Positions 46,646-57,748 of a stretch of DNA of 64,000 nt are shown piece after piece. The stretch lies in IMG/VR virus record IMGVR_UViG_3300043436_004623, positions 1 through 64,000 of that record, one strand, 5' to 3'. The notes beneath the pieces are model-generated. The model searched no databases. It saw only the letters and a program-made list of their open reading frames with translations, and was not told where the DNA came from. The position numbers and the translations under genes were made by a program. Every line of letters begins with the position of its first letter. The stretch's first letter is position 1. This DNA comes from a virus (lineage: Duplodnaviria > Caudoviricetes).

Positions 46646-47433
46646 AAGTGTCCAATATAGTTAAGTGTTAATTTTATATTTCCATCTGCAGAACTTGATA
46701 ACGACTCCCCAACTAAAGAAGCATTAGGTATGGTTAAAGATTGTAAAGTAGCTAAACTATCTCTAGATGTTATAGAAAAAGAAAGAGTTTTATTTTGTCT
46801 ATTTGATAAAAATGCAAATCCACTTTGTAAAAATGCATCATCAACATCAATTTGAACAGTTGCTGCATATTCAATTATCGGCATTGATAATATTTCACTT
46901 GGCATTTTAGATCCAATTGTATATATAGGTTTTCTATAAGTTTTTAATGCATAATCAAAACCAACAATTCTATTAGTTGTAGAGCCATCACAGGTTATGC
47001 TTATATTTCCCTGTCTTGGTATATATATTAATGGCGCGGACGCTGTACCATATGCATTTTTACCAGTTGTCATTTCATCGTAAACAGTTATATTTGTTGT
47101 TACTTTAGGTATATTGCCTACAGCACAATTAACCATATACTCATCTAAATAACCGCTATTAAATCCATAAAACCTTCCATCATAATTTAAACTTCCTTTT
47201 ATAGCAGAATTACCAGTATATGATAATAAGTTATCATTATAAATTAAATATCTAGATAATGATATTTTTTGCTGTGGACTTGCGCTAACTGTTGTTACCC
47301 CTTTGCTTGATCCCAAAATTTTATTTACATTATATGAATTTGAATAATTTATATCAATCGACTCAATCCCCAAAATCTCTTGATTTTGAATATAAAACTT
47401 ATTCTCATTATTATTTATTGAATTAAATGACAT
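46642..47433 (-). CDS. Tail-tube-like protein (putative tube initiator / baseplate hub)
   Basis: Two halves resembling the tube protein (e.g. YRKPIYTIGS); lies directly after the tape measure gene. Confidence 0.6.
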   Translation of the reverse strand: MSFNSINNNENKFYIQNQEILGIESIDINYSNSYNVNKILGSSKGVTTVSASPQQKISLSRYLIYNDNLLSYTGNSAIKGSLNYDGRFYGFNSGYLDEYMVNCAVGNIPKVTTNITVYDEMTTGKNAYGTASAPLIYIPRQGNISITCDGSTTNRIVGFDYALKTYRKPIYTIGSKMPSEILSMPIIEYAATVQIDVDDAFLQSGFAFLSNRQNKTLSFSITSRDSLATLQSLTIPNASLVGESLSSSADGNIKLTLNYIGHL

Positions 47434-47435
47434 AT

Positions 47436-50400
47436 TTAATATAACAACCCTCCAACTCTTTGCTCTTGTTGAATAACTTTAACTACTTGTTCTTTAATTT
47501 GCTGTGCAAATTTTGTTAATGCCTCATTAGCACTTGTTGATGTATCTGATTCTTTTGTAGAATTACCAGCACTGTCAACATTAATTGTAATCGAAGCTAA
47601 TGAACCAGAAGTAATTTTATCAATTAACTCATCAAGTTTTGAAATAATTCTATCATTAAGTTCTTCTGTTTTTTCTTCGGTGGGAAGAGAACCTGCACCA
47701 GCATTTAATGACTGTAAATTACCAGCACCAATATTTTGAGATGCAGCGCGATTCATTATAAATTCACCGCCAGAAAGCATTGTTGGAACAGTATCTATTC
47801 CACTTGTTTGTGGGATTGATCCACCAGTAGCTCTTTTAAAGAAATTATCGAACCAGCTTGTCTTTTGTGAAACTTCTGGTATATTAGATGTAACATTATT
47901 AACAGAACCCGATGGTTTGTATGAATAATTTGAACTTAAATATTTAGCAAACTCTTTATTTTCTGATCCTGAACTTTGTTTAAAAGCCTCTGCTAAAGCT
48001 TCTCCGCTTCCAATTTGAGAAAGCTTATAAGTTGATGATGCACCTTTAAAATCGCCAGTTAAAAATTGCCCAGCAGATGAAAAATAATTTTTTAATCCAC
48101 CAACATTTACAGCTGACCCATCTGCTCCAGTGATTGTTCCACCACTCCATATGCCACTTAATTTATTTCCTGCAGCTTTGTAACCACTTGCAGCTGATTT
48201 AGCAACACCAGACGCTACAGACGTAACAGCTGCTGTTGCCATGCCAGTCCAGAAACTTTTCCACATAGCTTTCTTTTCTTCTTCTGCAGCTTTTTCTATT
48301 GCTTCTATTTGTTCTAATCTATCTTGTTCTTGTTGGTATTGAGAAGAGTATAAATCAAATGCTTGAGATTTGACACCCTTTTCAGCACCAAGAAGACCGT
48401 CTGTTCTTGATCTTCCGTAATTTGTTAATCTATAACTTTCAGATTCTAAATCTACTGAAGCGAAATTATTGCCAGAAACCATTCTATCATATAAACCGCT
48501 GCTATAAGCTTGTGTGGCGTAAGATAATAAATTTTCTTTTCCTTTAATTGTTGCATATGTTTGTGTACCTGGCGCATAAAAACTTCCACCAGCTCCTACC
48601 TGAGATTTAAAATCTTGGAAGTCTTTATTATCATCTATTGTTTTTTGATAAAAATTTGGATCGTAAGATCTTTCATCCACTAAATTTTGCGCTCTTAAAT
48701 AATCATCATCTGATCTATTTGATCCATATCTTCCTCCCGAAACAGTTACCGCTCCTCCTGATGCATATTTTTGTATAGATCCATTGTTAAGAGCATTTAA
48801 AAATTCTTGTCCATATTTTTGAACAGCTTTTTTCTTAACAACATATTCCCCACCCATTAGCATAGCTGGGACATCATCTTTATTCCCAGAACCACCATTA
48901 ATCATTCCACCAGATGCATATTTTTTAACCTCTCCGCCTTGAGAAAATCCTGAGAAAATACTTGATGTAAATGTATTTGCAAGATTTTTTATAGCCATGC
49001 TTTGAATTTCTTGAACAAAGCTTGATGCGGCTGAAAGCAACGCATCCTCTAAACTCTTAGCCCCAGTAACAGCATCTTGTATACCTTGTGATAAATTATT
49101 GGAAAATGAAGTTGGTATTGCTTGCCCTAATTCATATTGAAAATTAGAAATATCCTTATTTATATTTGTTACAGCATCAGCCCAACCCTTTGAGAAAGTT
49201 TGAGGTTGCATTGCTTTTAAAGCTGCTATATCCTCTAATCTTTTTGCTTCTTTTTTTGCAGCCTCATCTACACCTAATTTTTTAAATCCTTCAGCTGCTT
49301 GTCTAATTGATGTTGCAAACTTTGTAATTTCTTGCGCTGGAGCATCTGCACCTAAAAATTCTTTCGCGGCTTTTTCAGCAGCTTCTCCTATTTTACTTAT
49401 ATCTAAAGCTGCAATTTTTACTGCTTCTGAATATGCTTTTTCTGATAAATCAAATTGTTTAGCAGCTCCCTGTTTAGTTTGCTGAGTCATTGTCGCTGGT
49501 ATTGGTAAACCAGCACCTCGAAAAGCATAATTATAATAATCTCCTAGTTGTGTTCCAGATTCTCTTTTACTTCTGGCGGCAGCTAATGAAGCTTTATCCA
49601 CATTTGATGATTCAATATGCCACGGTTCATACTTACCTCCTCCTTGCCCCATCATTGGTCTATAAAATCCATGTTTTTGCAACAAGCCTAATCTTGCTGC
49701 TTTATCCATTTGATCAGAGCTTGCATCTATAGCTAAACCAAAACCATGCATTGATGTTCCTGGTGTAGCCGCTAAATTTGGTTTTCTTCTTTTAACATCT
49801 ACTTGTGATGCAAATGATCTATAACCATCTGTGACCTGAATTTTCTCACCAGTCTGTAATTCATAATCAGCCGCCATTGCTTCAAAATCTTTTCTAAATC
49901 TTGAATTAAGACGAGCCATATCAGCACCCATATTAACTATACTAGAATTGGCTGCTTTTGAAATGCTAGAAATATTAGGTAATGGAGTAAATGTAAAAGG
50001 ATTTTGTTGTGAACCAGATGGTTGCCCAGGAATTCCAGGCGTTAGAGCTGCAGATGGTTGTAATTGTTGCATTTTCTGCGCTATATTTTCTGGTAATTTT
50101 TGCAATTCTTGTATAGCTATTTCTGTAGTGCTTTTTAAGTTATCTAAAGCTGTTGTCGCACTAGCCAACTTAAGAGAATTTTCATCTACTTTTAAACTTC
50201 TTGTTAATTCGGATTTAATTTCAAGAGCTGTTTTTTCACGTTCAGCAGCCATCTCTAAATCAAAATATTTTTGATTGATTTGATCAAGACCTTTCTTGAA
50301 GTCTTCTGCCGTAGTGCTTAATGATGTTCTTTCATAAACAGATGTTTCAAGTTCTTTTCTAGCTTGATTGACTGATTGTCCACTTGAAATTGTACCAGCT

Positions 50401-53400
50401 CTAAAGTCTAACGCCGAAGCTTTACTTTCTAATTTGTAATTTATTCCTTCAACTATTGCAGCTCTATCTTCTTCATTTTGTTTTGTTTTTACAGATATAT
50501 CATAGAGCTTATTTCTTCTTGATTCTTCTTGATCTAAAAGATTTAAAATATTCTTTTCTCCCTGGGTAAACTGAAGAATAGCTGTAGTCATTAATTTAAT
50601 ATATTCTTCATTATTTTTATACTCTTCCCCTAATTCAGTAGATCTTGTTATTAAATTTGATAATTCTGTATTATTACCTTTTAATGCTTGTGATATTGCT
50701 GCTGCTGCCCCTGGTGTTTTGTATATGTTATTTACAAATTCTTTAGACTTATTTACAGCTTCTTCTATTTGCTTCTTATCTGTAATAGCTCCAAATTGAA
50801 GACCTCCTTTGCTAATTTCAGAGAGTGATTCATCTAACTTATCAGCAATTTGTGATTGAGCTTCTAATTCTGCAGTAATTCTTGCTTGTGTATTTTCTTG
50901 TTCTGCTAATTTTTTAGCTCTTTGTGTTTGTGAAAGTGTTAAATCAGAAGAAATTGCTAAAATTCTTTCTTGATTATTTACTTCGGCTTGATTTAATGCG
51001 CCTTTTTCTTGAAATTTTCTTACATTTAAGAGTTCTTGCGCTCTAATTAATTTTAAAGTTTCTTGGACCTGTGAGGAGATTGATTCTTTAGCTGTTTGAG
51101 CAGCATCTTTTTCAGCTTTATCTTTTTGATTTATTAAATCAACAATTAACTCTAGTGCCTTTACTTGAGGTTCTTCTTCTGTTATCCCAACGGCAGATAG
51201 ACCATCAGTAAGTTTTTTACGATATTGTAATAAATAATCTGTATTACCCTTTGTTGATTCATCACCAGTACCAGTAAGAAAAGTTTTTAAGAGTTCGTCA
51301 CTCAAACCAATAAGGGTTTGACCCATGCCTTCTCCTGGTTTTAAATCAAATTTATTAAGAAAATCTTCTGGTTTGAATTTTGCAGCAATTTTAATCAACC
51401 CTTCAATTTCTTGACTAATTTTATTTACTTCGTCCGCAGTAACTTTACTTCCAGATTTTGATGCCTCTCGCACCATATTCCACATTTTACCATATGAAAC
51501 TCCAACAGCCAGCGCTTGATCAATTGTTTGGTTGAAAGATTCTTCTAATACATCGCTTACTCCTTCAAATTCAGCTAATTTTTCTACCTCTTGACCACGG
51601 TAAATTTGTCCAGTTTTTATTTTTCTAGACCCAGAAAGAAGAGCTTCCCTACGTTGTTCTATTCTTTCTTTTTGTGCTGGATTGAAATTACTTAAATTGA
51701 TAGCCGCTTTAGAAGCTGCTTCAGAAACTCTATACATTGCTTCTGAAGCTTTATTAATAGCTGGATTAGTTGAATCCATATAAGAAGCAAATTGTTTAAA
51801 TGCTTCAAATGCACCAGCAGCTATAGCACCATAAATACCTACCTGACCTAACACTTTAGATGCCATACTCCCTTCTTTAGCTAAACCTGATAGACCTTGA
51901 CCAACTAATGCGACTGTTGAAGCTGCTGATGCAATAGAACCAACAGCATTAGCAAATTTACCAACTCCACTTGTAGCATCACTAGTCGCGCCAGTGAGTA
52001 AAGTTAATCCAGTTTGAACAAGAAAAATAACACCTAATAAATCTCTTTTTGGTTTTTCTATATCGGCGCTACTAGTAGTTGTTGTAGGCGTATTTCTTGG
52101 TACTCCAGATGAAGTTCCAGATGCGCCAATCATTGTTCCTGGTCCAGAGTTTACATAATTAGGAACAAACCCTCCAGCTGCACCATACAACATTGGATTA
52201 GCGCCTTCTTTTCTGGCACGACTAATTCCCTGCATACCGCCAGCTGGTTCATCACGGCGATTAGCAACCATTAATCCCATTGGATTCATGGAGTTCTTTA
52301 ATGATGAATTTTGATCTACATAAATTTGCGAAGCTGGAACACCAGCGGACATTTCGCGGCCAATAGCCTCTTTAAGTGGATCTGCAAAGTTAGGAATAAA
52401 GCCTTTAGCGCCATTAACCAAATTAAAATTACGAGATTTTGATTTAACATAACCCATAAAATCAAACTGATTTAATGGCGCATAAGTTGTTCCTTTTAAT
52501 TGTTTTTTACTTCTTAAATCCCCTTCTTCTGCGACCGTTCTTCCAGCTCTTCTAGATAAGATATCAAGATTTTTTGCATAAAGATAAGATACTTTACCGC
52601 CAGAAGCATTTACTGCTGAAATTATAGCTTCTAAATTTTTAGATATGCCGCCTCCTTTTGCACGAGCAGCTCCAGAAAGAATATCAATTTCTGATGCACT
52701 AGCTACATCGCTAACACCAGAAAGAAATTTACCCATTTTTCCAGCTAATGTCGATTTGCCTGATCCTGCTGGACCAATAATAAGATTCTTTTTAACTTGA
52801 GAAGCAAGAACTGCTTTTAAGGTAGCCCCTTTGTCTGGAGCAATCCTATCGGAATCATAAATGTATTTTGCAAAGTTAGGAATATAACCTCTACTTGCTT
52901 TTATAGTAGCTTTATTAATCGCTTCAGCTACACCTATACTTTTTGATAATTTATTAGCAAAAAGTGGAGAATTTAAAATTTTCTCAGACATGCTTTTAAC
53001 AGCATATTTACCTTTATTAATTTTAAAATCTGCTAATCCATTATTTGGAATCGAATTTGGACCAAATAATTTAATAATATTATCTCGCGCATCCCCCCTA
53101 GCGTTAACATCAAAATCCCCACCAATATTTTCAATATTTTTATCATTATCTATTGATGCGGCTCTTATGCCAGTAGTAACAGCTGCGTCAAAAATACCAC
53201 CAAAAGCACCCATCACAGAACCAATAAAACCTTTAACTTTATCAACCTCTTCTAATGTTTCTGGCTCTATAGGATTTTTACTATCTAAAGAAGAAACTAT
53301 TTTTCTTGCATAAGATAAGGCTGTTTTATTGGCGAGATTTTTAATTGTATCTTCATTAAATTTTCTTTCAAAATCATTTCTAATCGACTGTTTTCCATTA

Positions 53401-55622
53401 GCTTGTAATCCAAATGATTCAAATTTAAATTCAGCATTTTTTCCGCTGCCAAATATATTCTTTTTAGTATATATTGCACTTAAACCGCTTTGATTTGGTG
53501 TTAAAATAGTTGGTAAATCATCGCCTAATATAGAAGCAACATCAATAACTTTTTTTTGTTTGTCAGTAACTACTAAAGCACGATCAAATTGAGATTTACT
53601 AATTCTATATTGTGCATTATTGTAAGTAACAAATCCATCTTTCGCCGCTTTTGACGCTTCTTCAAAACTGCCCCAGTTAAAATCTCTATACCCTTGTTGC
53701 GGCAATTCTTTTAATTTTGCAAAATTAGGAATAAATCCTCCAGCAGCACCAATCTTTTTAGCACCAGCTGGAAGACCCATTGATCTAACCATATCTCTAT
53801 TAAAGATAGCTGAACCACCTCCTGCAAAATTAGGAATAATATATTCACCAGTATGAGCGACCATCGTTCCTTTTTTGCCACCACCAAATGCAAAATTTGG
53901 TATAACTACTGGTTTATCTCCAGCTTTTGCTCCACCAACGCCACGGTTAATATCACGAGATTCTTGAGAAACTGCTGGCATATAACCACCAGCCGCCTGA
54001 GGAACCCTCAATCCTTGACCACCAGTTGATCTGACTCCTTGTTGATATAACGATCCAGCTAATGATCCAGCTGTAGCAGACATTCTACGCATTACAGCTT
54101 CTTGCTGGACAATAGCGTCAGTCATTAACTTGAGTTGGGCGGCGCGATTTCCTTCTAAAGCGAAAAGTTGTCTTTGTAAAGTTAAATTACTACCTAAAGC
54201 AGCAGCAATTGCTTTTTCAACACTTGCAATTTCTTTTGCAGATTGACCAATTTTAAAGAAACTTTTTAAACTCTCAATACCAAAACCAATTAAATCTTTG
54301 GAAAGTTTTGCAATAATTGCTCCAAATAATGCTAAACCAGGACCAGCTAGAACATTTCCAATTCCTTTTGCTAACCCTTGAACAAAAGTACCTAACGCGC
54401 TTTCCTCTCCAAGAATTTTTTGTATATCCTCTAAAACATTATTAAAGAAACTTAATAAACCTTTTAAACTATCTGTAATACCAATAGCCCCAAGAGTTGC
54501 CCCAAGTTGTTGTGCGCTTAAATTGACTTTATTAATTAAAGAAGCTAGTGTTTCATTTAATGCTGCATTTTTTTGATATGCCTCATTTGTTGCGTCAGCT
54601 GATAATTTAACTATATCATTATATTTAGATTGTTCACTTGATAAATCTTTAACAGCGGCTAATAAATTTGATAATTGATAAACGCCACCAAGTTTTTTAG
54701 CGATATCTGCTTGTTCTAGTTGACTTAAATTATTAAACTCTGCACCTAAGTTTTGTAAAATTCTTGTAGCGGGTAAAACCTTACCTTCTAAATCGGTAAC
54801 TTGAATACCTAAATTTGATAAATCTTGTAAAGCTCCAGTATCTTGTATACGAGCGAAAATTGTTTTAAATGCGTTACCAATAACAGCACCACCGCGAGCA
54901 GTTCTTTCTTGAACTGTTGTAATAATACCAACTAACTCATCAAATGAAACACCAGCCTGATCAGCGACAGATGCAGATCTTTTAAGACCTTCAATTAAGT
55001 CTCTTTCTGAAACTGAATATTGTTGAGAAACGACAACTAGCTTATTTAAAATTTGAGATGTGGTAATTCCTGTTTCTTTAAACGAGTTGAATGCCGCCGT
55101 TAAACCTTCAACAGATTGTTGAGCATCTAAACCAGAAAGTCTTGAAAGAATAAGTGCGTCATTAATTCTTTTTAAAGTGTCTTCTGTGTTTAAACCTTGT
55201 CTAGCAAGTTCTAACGCACCTTTAGCAACAGTATCAAAAGTTTGACCAGTAGTTTTAGCTACATCAAAAAGTTTATTACCAAAGTCTTGTAACGCATCTC
55301 CGCTTCTATTTAAAACTGTATTAATTTCTACAAGAGATTTCTCAACCTCAATTGTATTTCTGACTAAAGCGCCAAAAGCTTTACTTACGCCATTAATAAT
55401 ACCAACTGAAGCGCCGAAAGCAAACACGCGAGCATTTGCAGCTTCCATTGATTTTGTAAATTCATCAGCTTGACCAGTAATTCTACCAAGAGGTTGAGAT
55501 AAAGCATTAATTTGGCGACTATTCGTTCCAAGATTAATCTGAGTATTACGCCCAGCATTTCTCATGGCCTGTTGAATACTCGCTTCTAATCCTGTTTGGG
55601 TTACTGGTATCTGTAGTGGCAT
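47436..55622 (-). CDS. Tape measure protein, 2728 aa, with internal P-loop and M15B peptidase domains
   Basis: TP901-type N-terminus (ALELARQGL, GNAFKTIFARI), repeated G[FY]IPNF motifs, GPAGSGKST, and SMHGFGLAID...EPWH. Confidence 0.9.
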   Translation of the reverse strand: MPLQIPVTQTGLEASIQQAMRNAGRNTQINLGTNSRQINALSQPLGRITGQADEFTKSMEAANARVFAFGASVGIINGVSKAFGALVRNTIEVEKSLVEINTVLNRSGDALQDFGNKLFDVAKTTGQTFDTVAKGALELARQGLNTEDTLKRINDALILSRLSGLDAQQSVEGLTAAFNSFKETGITTSQILNKLVVVSQQYSVSERDLIEGLKRSASVADQAGVSFDELVGIITTVQERTARGGAVIGNAFKTIFARIQDTGALQDLSNLGIQVTDLEGKVLPATRILQNLGAEFNNLSQLEQADIAKKLGGVYQLSNLLAAVKDLSSEQSKYNDIVKLSADATNEAYQKNAALNETLASLINKVNLSAQQLGATLGAIGITDSLKGLLSFFNNVLEDIQKILGEESALGTFVQGLAKGIGNVLAGPGLALFGAIIAKLSKDLIGFGIESLKSFFKIGQSAKEIASVEKAIAAALGSNLTLQRQLFALEGNRAAQLKLMTDAIVQQEAVMRRMSATAGSLAGSLYQQGVRSTGGQGLRVPQAAGGYMPAVSQESRDINRGVGGAKAGDKPVVIPNFAFGGGKKGTMVAHTGEYIIPNFAGGGSAIFNRDMVRSMGLPAGAKKIGAAGGFIPNFAKLKELPQQGYRDFNWGSFEEASKAAKDGFVTYNNAQYRISKSQFDRALVVTDKQKKVIDVASILGDDLPTILTPNQSGLSAIYTKKNIFGSGKNAEFKFESFGLQANGKQSIRNDFERKFNEDTIKNLANKTALSYARKIVSSLDSKNPIEPETLEEVDKVKGFIGSVMGAFGGIFDAAVTTGIRAASIDNDKNIENIGGDFDVNARGDARDNIIKLFGPNSIPNNGLADFKINKGKYAVKSMSEKILNSPLFANKLSKSIGVAEAINKATIKASRGYIPNFAKYIYDSDRIAPDKGATLKAVLASQVKKNLIIGPAGSGKSTLAGKMGKFLSGVSDVASASEIDILSGAARAKGGGISKNLEAIISAVNASGGKVSYLYAKNLDILSRRAGRTVAEEGDLRSKKQLKGTTYAPLNQFDFMGYVKSKSRNFNLVNGAKGFIPNFADPLKEAIGREMSAGVPASQIYVDQNSSLKNSMNPMGLMVANRRDEPAGGMQGISRARKEGANPMLYGAAGGFVPNYVNSGPGTMIGASGTSSGVPRNTPTTTTSSADIEKPKRDLLGVIFLVQTGLTLLTGATSDATSGVGKFANAVGSIASAASTVALVGQGLSGLAKEGSMASKVLGQVGIYGAIAAGAFEAFKQFASYMDSTNPAINKASEAMYRVSEAASKAAINLSNFNPAQKERIEQRREALLSGSRKIKTGQIYRGQEVEKLAEFEGVSDVLEESFNQTIDQALAVGVSYGKMWNMVREASKSGSKVTADEVNKISQEIEGLIKIAAKFKPEDFLNKFDLKPGEGMGQTLIGLSDELLKTFLTGTGDESTKGNTDYLLQYRKKLTDGLSAVGITEEEPQVKALELIVDLINQKDKAEKDAAQTAKESISSQVQETLKLIRAQELLNVRKFQEKGALNQAEVNNQERILAISSDLTLSQTQRAKKLAEQENTQARITAELEAQSQIADKLDESLSEISKGGLQFGAITDKKQIEEAVNKSKEFVNNIYKTPGAAAAISQALKGNNTELSNLITRSTELGEEYKNNEEYIKLMTTAILQFTQGEKNILNLLDQEESRRNKLYDISVKTKQNEEDRAAIVEGINYKLESKASALDFRAGTISSGQSVNQARKELETSVYERTSLSTTAEDFKKGLDQINQKYFDLEMAAEREKTALEIKSELTRSLKVDENSLKLASATTALDNLKSTTEIAIQELQKLPENIAQKMQQLQPSAALTPGIPGQPSGSQQNPFTFTPLPNISSISKAANSSIVNMGADMARLNSRFRKDFEAMAADYELQTGEKIQVTDGYRSFASQVDVKRRKPNLAATPGTSMHGFGLAIDASSDQMDKAARLGLLQKHGFYRPMMGQGGGKYEPWHIESSNVDKASLAAARSKRESGTQLGDYYNYAFRGAGLPIPATMTQQTKQGAAKQFDLSEKAYSEAVKIAALDISKIGEAAEKAAKEFLGADAPAQEITKFATSIRQAAEGFKKLGVDEAAKKEAKRLEDIAALKAMQPQTFSKGWADAVTNINKDISNFQYELGQAIPTSFSNNLSQGIQDAVTGAKSLEDALLSAASSFVQEIQSMAIKNLANTFTSSIFSGFSQGGEVKKYASGGMINGGSGNKDDVPAMLMGGEYVVKKKAVQKYGQEFLNALNNGSIQKYASGGAVTVSGGRYGSNRSDDDYLRAQNLVDERSYDPNFYQKTIDDNKDFQDFKSQVGAGGSFYAPGTQTYATIKGKENLLSYATQAYSSGLYDRMVSGNNFASVDLESESYRLTNYGRSRTDGLLGAEKGVKSQAFDLYSSQYQQEQDRLEQIEAIEKAAEEEKKAMWKSFWTGMATAAVTSVASGVAKSAASGYKAAGNKLSGIWSGGTITGADGSAVNVGGLKNYFSSAGQFLTGDFKGASSTYKLSQIGSGEALAEAFKQSSGSENKEFAKYLSSNYSYKPSGSVNNVTSNIPEVSQKTSWFDNFFKRATGGSIPQTSGIDTVPTMLSGGEFIMNRAASQNIGAGNLQSLNAGAGSLPTEEKTEELNDRIISKLDELIDKITSGSLASITINVDSAGNSTKESDTSTSANEALTKFAQQIKEQVVKVIQQEQRVGGLLY

Positions 55623-55659
55623 TCCTTAATCCTTTAGGAATATTTACACATAAAAAATA

Positions 55660-56646
55660 CTATTCTCCCATTAATTTAATCATATCATCCATGTTTAAAG
55701 TGCCGCCACTATTTTTAATATGATCAGACAATGAAATAGTTGGTGTGTCTGGTATTACTTCTTGCAAGTCTTCTTTTGTTGCACCAAAAAGAGTTGTTGC
55801 TCCAGAGTCTTTATCTTTTATTTTTGATAAAACTTTATTGTTTCCACCGCTGCGTTTACTTTCTGCAAATCTTAATAAAGCAGATGGGTCTTTTTTAATT
55901 CCATTTGGAATGTCATCATTGTATTGGAATATGTTATAAAATACTCTAGCATATAAAGCTAGTTTTAGTTGATAAACAGAAAGGTGGATAATTGGTTTGC
56001 CATAAAATGATGAAACATCTTCTGTTTGAGATAAATACATGTTAAAGAAATCCCTCAAAACACTTTCTTGAATAAGTTCTTCACTAAGTCTACTAGAACA
56101 ATTTGAATTTTGTTTTACTAAAGATGTAATATCTTTATCATCTAATTCACCAAATTCTTCTTCAGTAAATAAGTGTTTTTTTAAATCTTGATCTTTAAAT
56201 AAAATATATCTAATAAACTCTTCATTAGATCTAGAACTTGCAAAATCTTCAGCAGTTGTGCCAACAACTTCTTTTCTTTTAATTTTAAAAATATTTAATT
56301 CTTTATGTCTTTCGGCAATTGTTTCTTGTAAAGCTTTTTTTTGTGATGGTAAAATTGTATTCAATAAAGAATCTTTTAAATTATCCAACTCCACTTCAAG
56401 AGATGAAATTTTAAAATCATCATCTTTAGACCAAAGACCATCTTTTTTTAAATTATTTAAAGCTTCTTCTTCAGTAGGTATACCTTTATTAATTGCAAGA
56501 TTTTTATATTTATTATAATACTTATGTATATACCTTTGATCTCTAATAGAAAAATGTTTTAGGTATACTGGTTCACCTTTAAAGTAAAACTCAGTATACC
56601 CATCAAATATTTCACCAACAATGGCTATATATTCTTCTTCACTCAC
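55660..56646 (-). CDS. Putative tail assembly protein
   Basis: 327-328 aa with a GTG start, located between a chaperone-like gene and the tape measure gene; assignment is by position only. Confidence 0.55.
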   Translation of the reverse strand: MSEEEYIAIVGEIFDGYTEFYFKGEPVYLKHFSIRDQRYIHKYYNKYKNLAINKGIPTEEEALNNLKKDGLWSKDDDFKISSLEVELDNLKDSLLNTILPSQKKALQETIAERHKELNIFKIKRKEVVGTTAEDFASSRSNEEFIRYILFKDQDLKKHLFTEEEFGELDDKDITSLVKQNSNCSSRLSEELIQESVLRDFFNMYLSQTEDVSSFYGKPIIHLSVYQLKLALYARVFYNIFQYNDDIPNGIKKDPSALLRFAESKRSGGNNKVLSKIKDKDSGATTLFGATKEDLQEVIPDTPTISLSDHIKNSGGTLNMDDMIKLMGE

Positions 56647-57398
56647 ACTTCATTTTTCTCAATTCTTTCCATTAAGCCGTCAAAGGATTCTTTGTCAGAA
56701 GCTTGGTTAAAGAACCAGAAAGCTAAAATAGTTGCAGCCTTTTTAGTAATTAAAAAGTAAAGACTATCATCAGATTCTTCTCTTTTATAATATTCTTCAA
56801 TTCTTTGATCAAAATCTCCAGTTCCAAAAAATGGTTTTGGATTCTCATCTTCTTCTTCTTGAATATAAGTAAGCATAATTACATACCATAAAATCAAACG
56901 ATTTTGAGCCTTTACATCAGCGGTATGATCAAAAAGTGATTGATAGTTAGATTCAAATTCAACAATCTGACGGCGGGTTGAAGCAAGCTCCTTAGTAATT
57001 TCTTCTACTCTTTCTTTTTGTTTATCAGACTTTTCTTGAATAATCTCAAGACGAGAATATTCATTTTGAAGATCAAAAATCTTTTTATAAGAATCAACTA
57101 ATGAACCAGCGTCATCTTCACTCATCAAACCACCAGTATCACTATACTTCTTAGCAAGCATGGCTTTTGTTAAAATTCCCTTCTTAACGCAGCGACTCAT
57201 TTCAACACTGAATTCTAACTCAGCTTCTTCTAATTCTCTGCGAGATGGCCTTTTTAAACGAATTGAAACAGGTGTTTTTTCTTTTACTTTTTTCTTAGTA
57301 ATGATTTCTTCACCTGTTTTTTTATCCTTTTTAGTAGATTCAATTGTTTTCTCTACTTCCTTATCGACTGTGAAACTATATAATTCTTTGAATTCCAT
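56643..57398 (-). CDS. Putative tail assembly chaperone
   Basis: Acidic and helical, upstream of the tape measure gene; assignment is by position only. Confidence 0.55.
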   Translation of the reverse strand: MEFKELYSFTVDKEVEKTIESTKKDKKTGEEIITKKKVKEKTPVSIRLKRPSRRELEEAELEFSVEMSRCVKKGILTKAMLAKKYSDTGGLMSEDDAGSLVDSYKKIFDLQNEYSRLEIIQEKSDKQKERVEEITKELASTRRQIVEFESNYQSLFDHTADVKAQNRLILWYVIMLTYIQEEEDENPKPFFGTGDFDQRIEEYYKREESDDSLYFLITKKAATILAFWFFNQASDKESFDGLMERIEKNEV

Positions 57399-57415
57399 AT
57401 TATTTTTCTATTATA

Positions 57416-57703
57416 TTATTTAAAAACAAAACTTACAGTATAATTATTAATTTCATCAGAAAAAGTTCTTAAACACTCATTTCCCTGATCTAATATTCTT
57501 TTGCGAATATAAGCTAATTTCGATTCATCAAAATGATTTGCAGTTGAAATTACAGAGTGATATTCTTCTGGAATATTATCATATAATTTTTTATAATGAT
57601 AATCGTGGTCCTGTTTCATATCTTCAACCATCATTAACATTTGTTTAAAAATGGCTGTAATTGACTGTTTTGACTTTTTTTCTAAAGAATTTTTAGCATT
57701 CAT
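57416..57703 (-). CDS. Hypothetical protein, 95 aa
   Basis: Fits operon packing. Confidence 0.7.
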   Translation of the reverse strand: MNAKNSLEKKSKQSITAIFKQMLMMVEDMKQDHDYHYKKLYDNIPEEYHSVISTANHFDESKLAYIRKRILDQGNECLRTFSDEINNYTVSFVFK

Positions 57704-57748
57704 CCTTATACCTTAATAAATAATAAATAAAAAAGTGTAAATTTCAAT

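Noticed and set aside
239-47433. Diversity-generating retroelement targeting fibres or the lectin
   Set aside because: No reverse transcriptase in the window, and no template/variable repeat pair differing at adenines was seen.
56630-56660. Programmed -1 frameshift between the tail chaperone genes
   Set aside because: No canonical X XXY YYZ heptamer was seen near the junction. The downstream ORF has its own overlapping GTG start.
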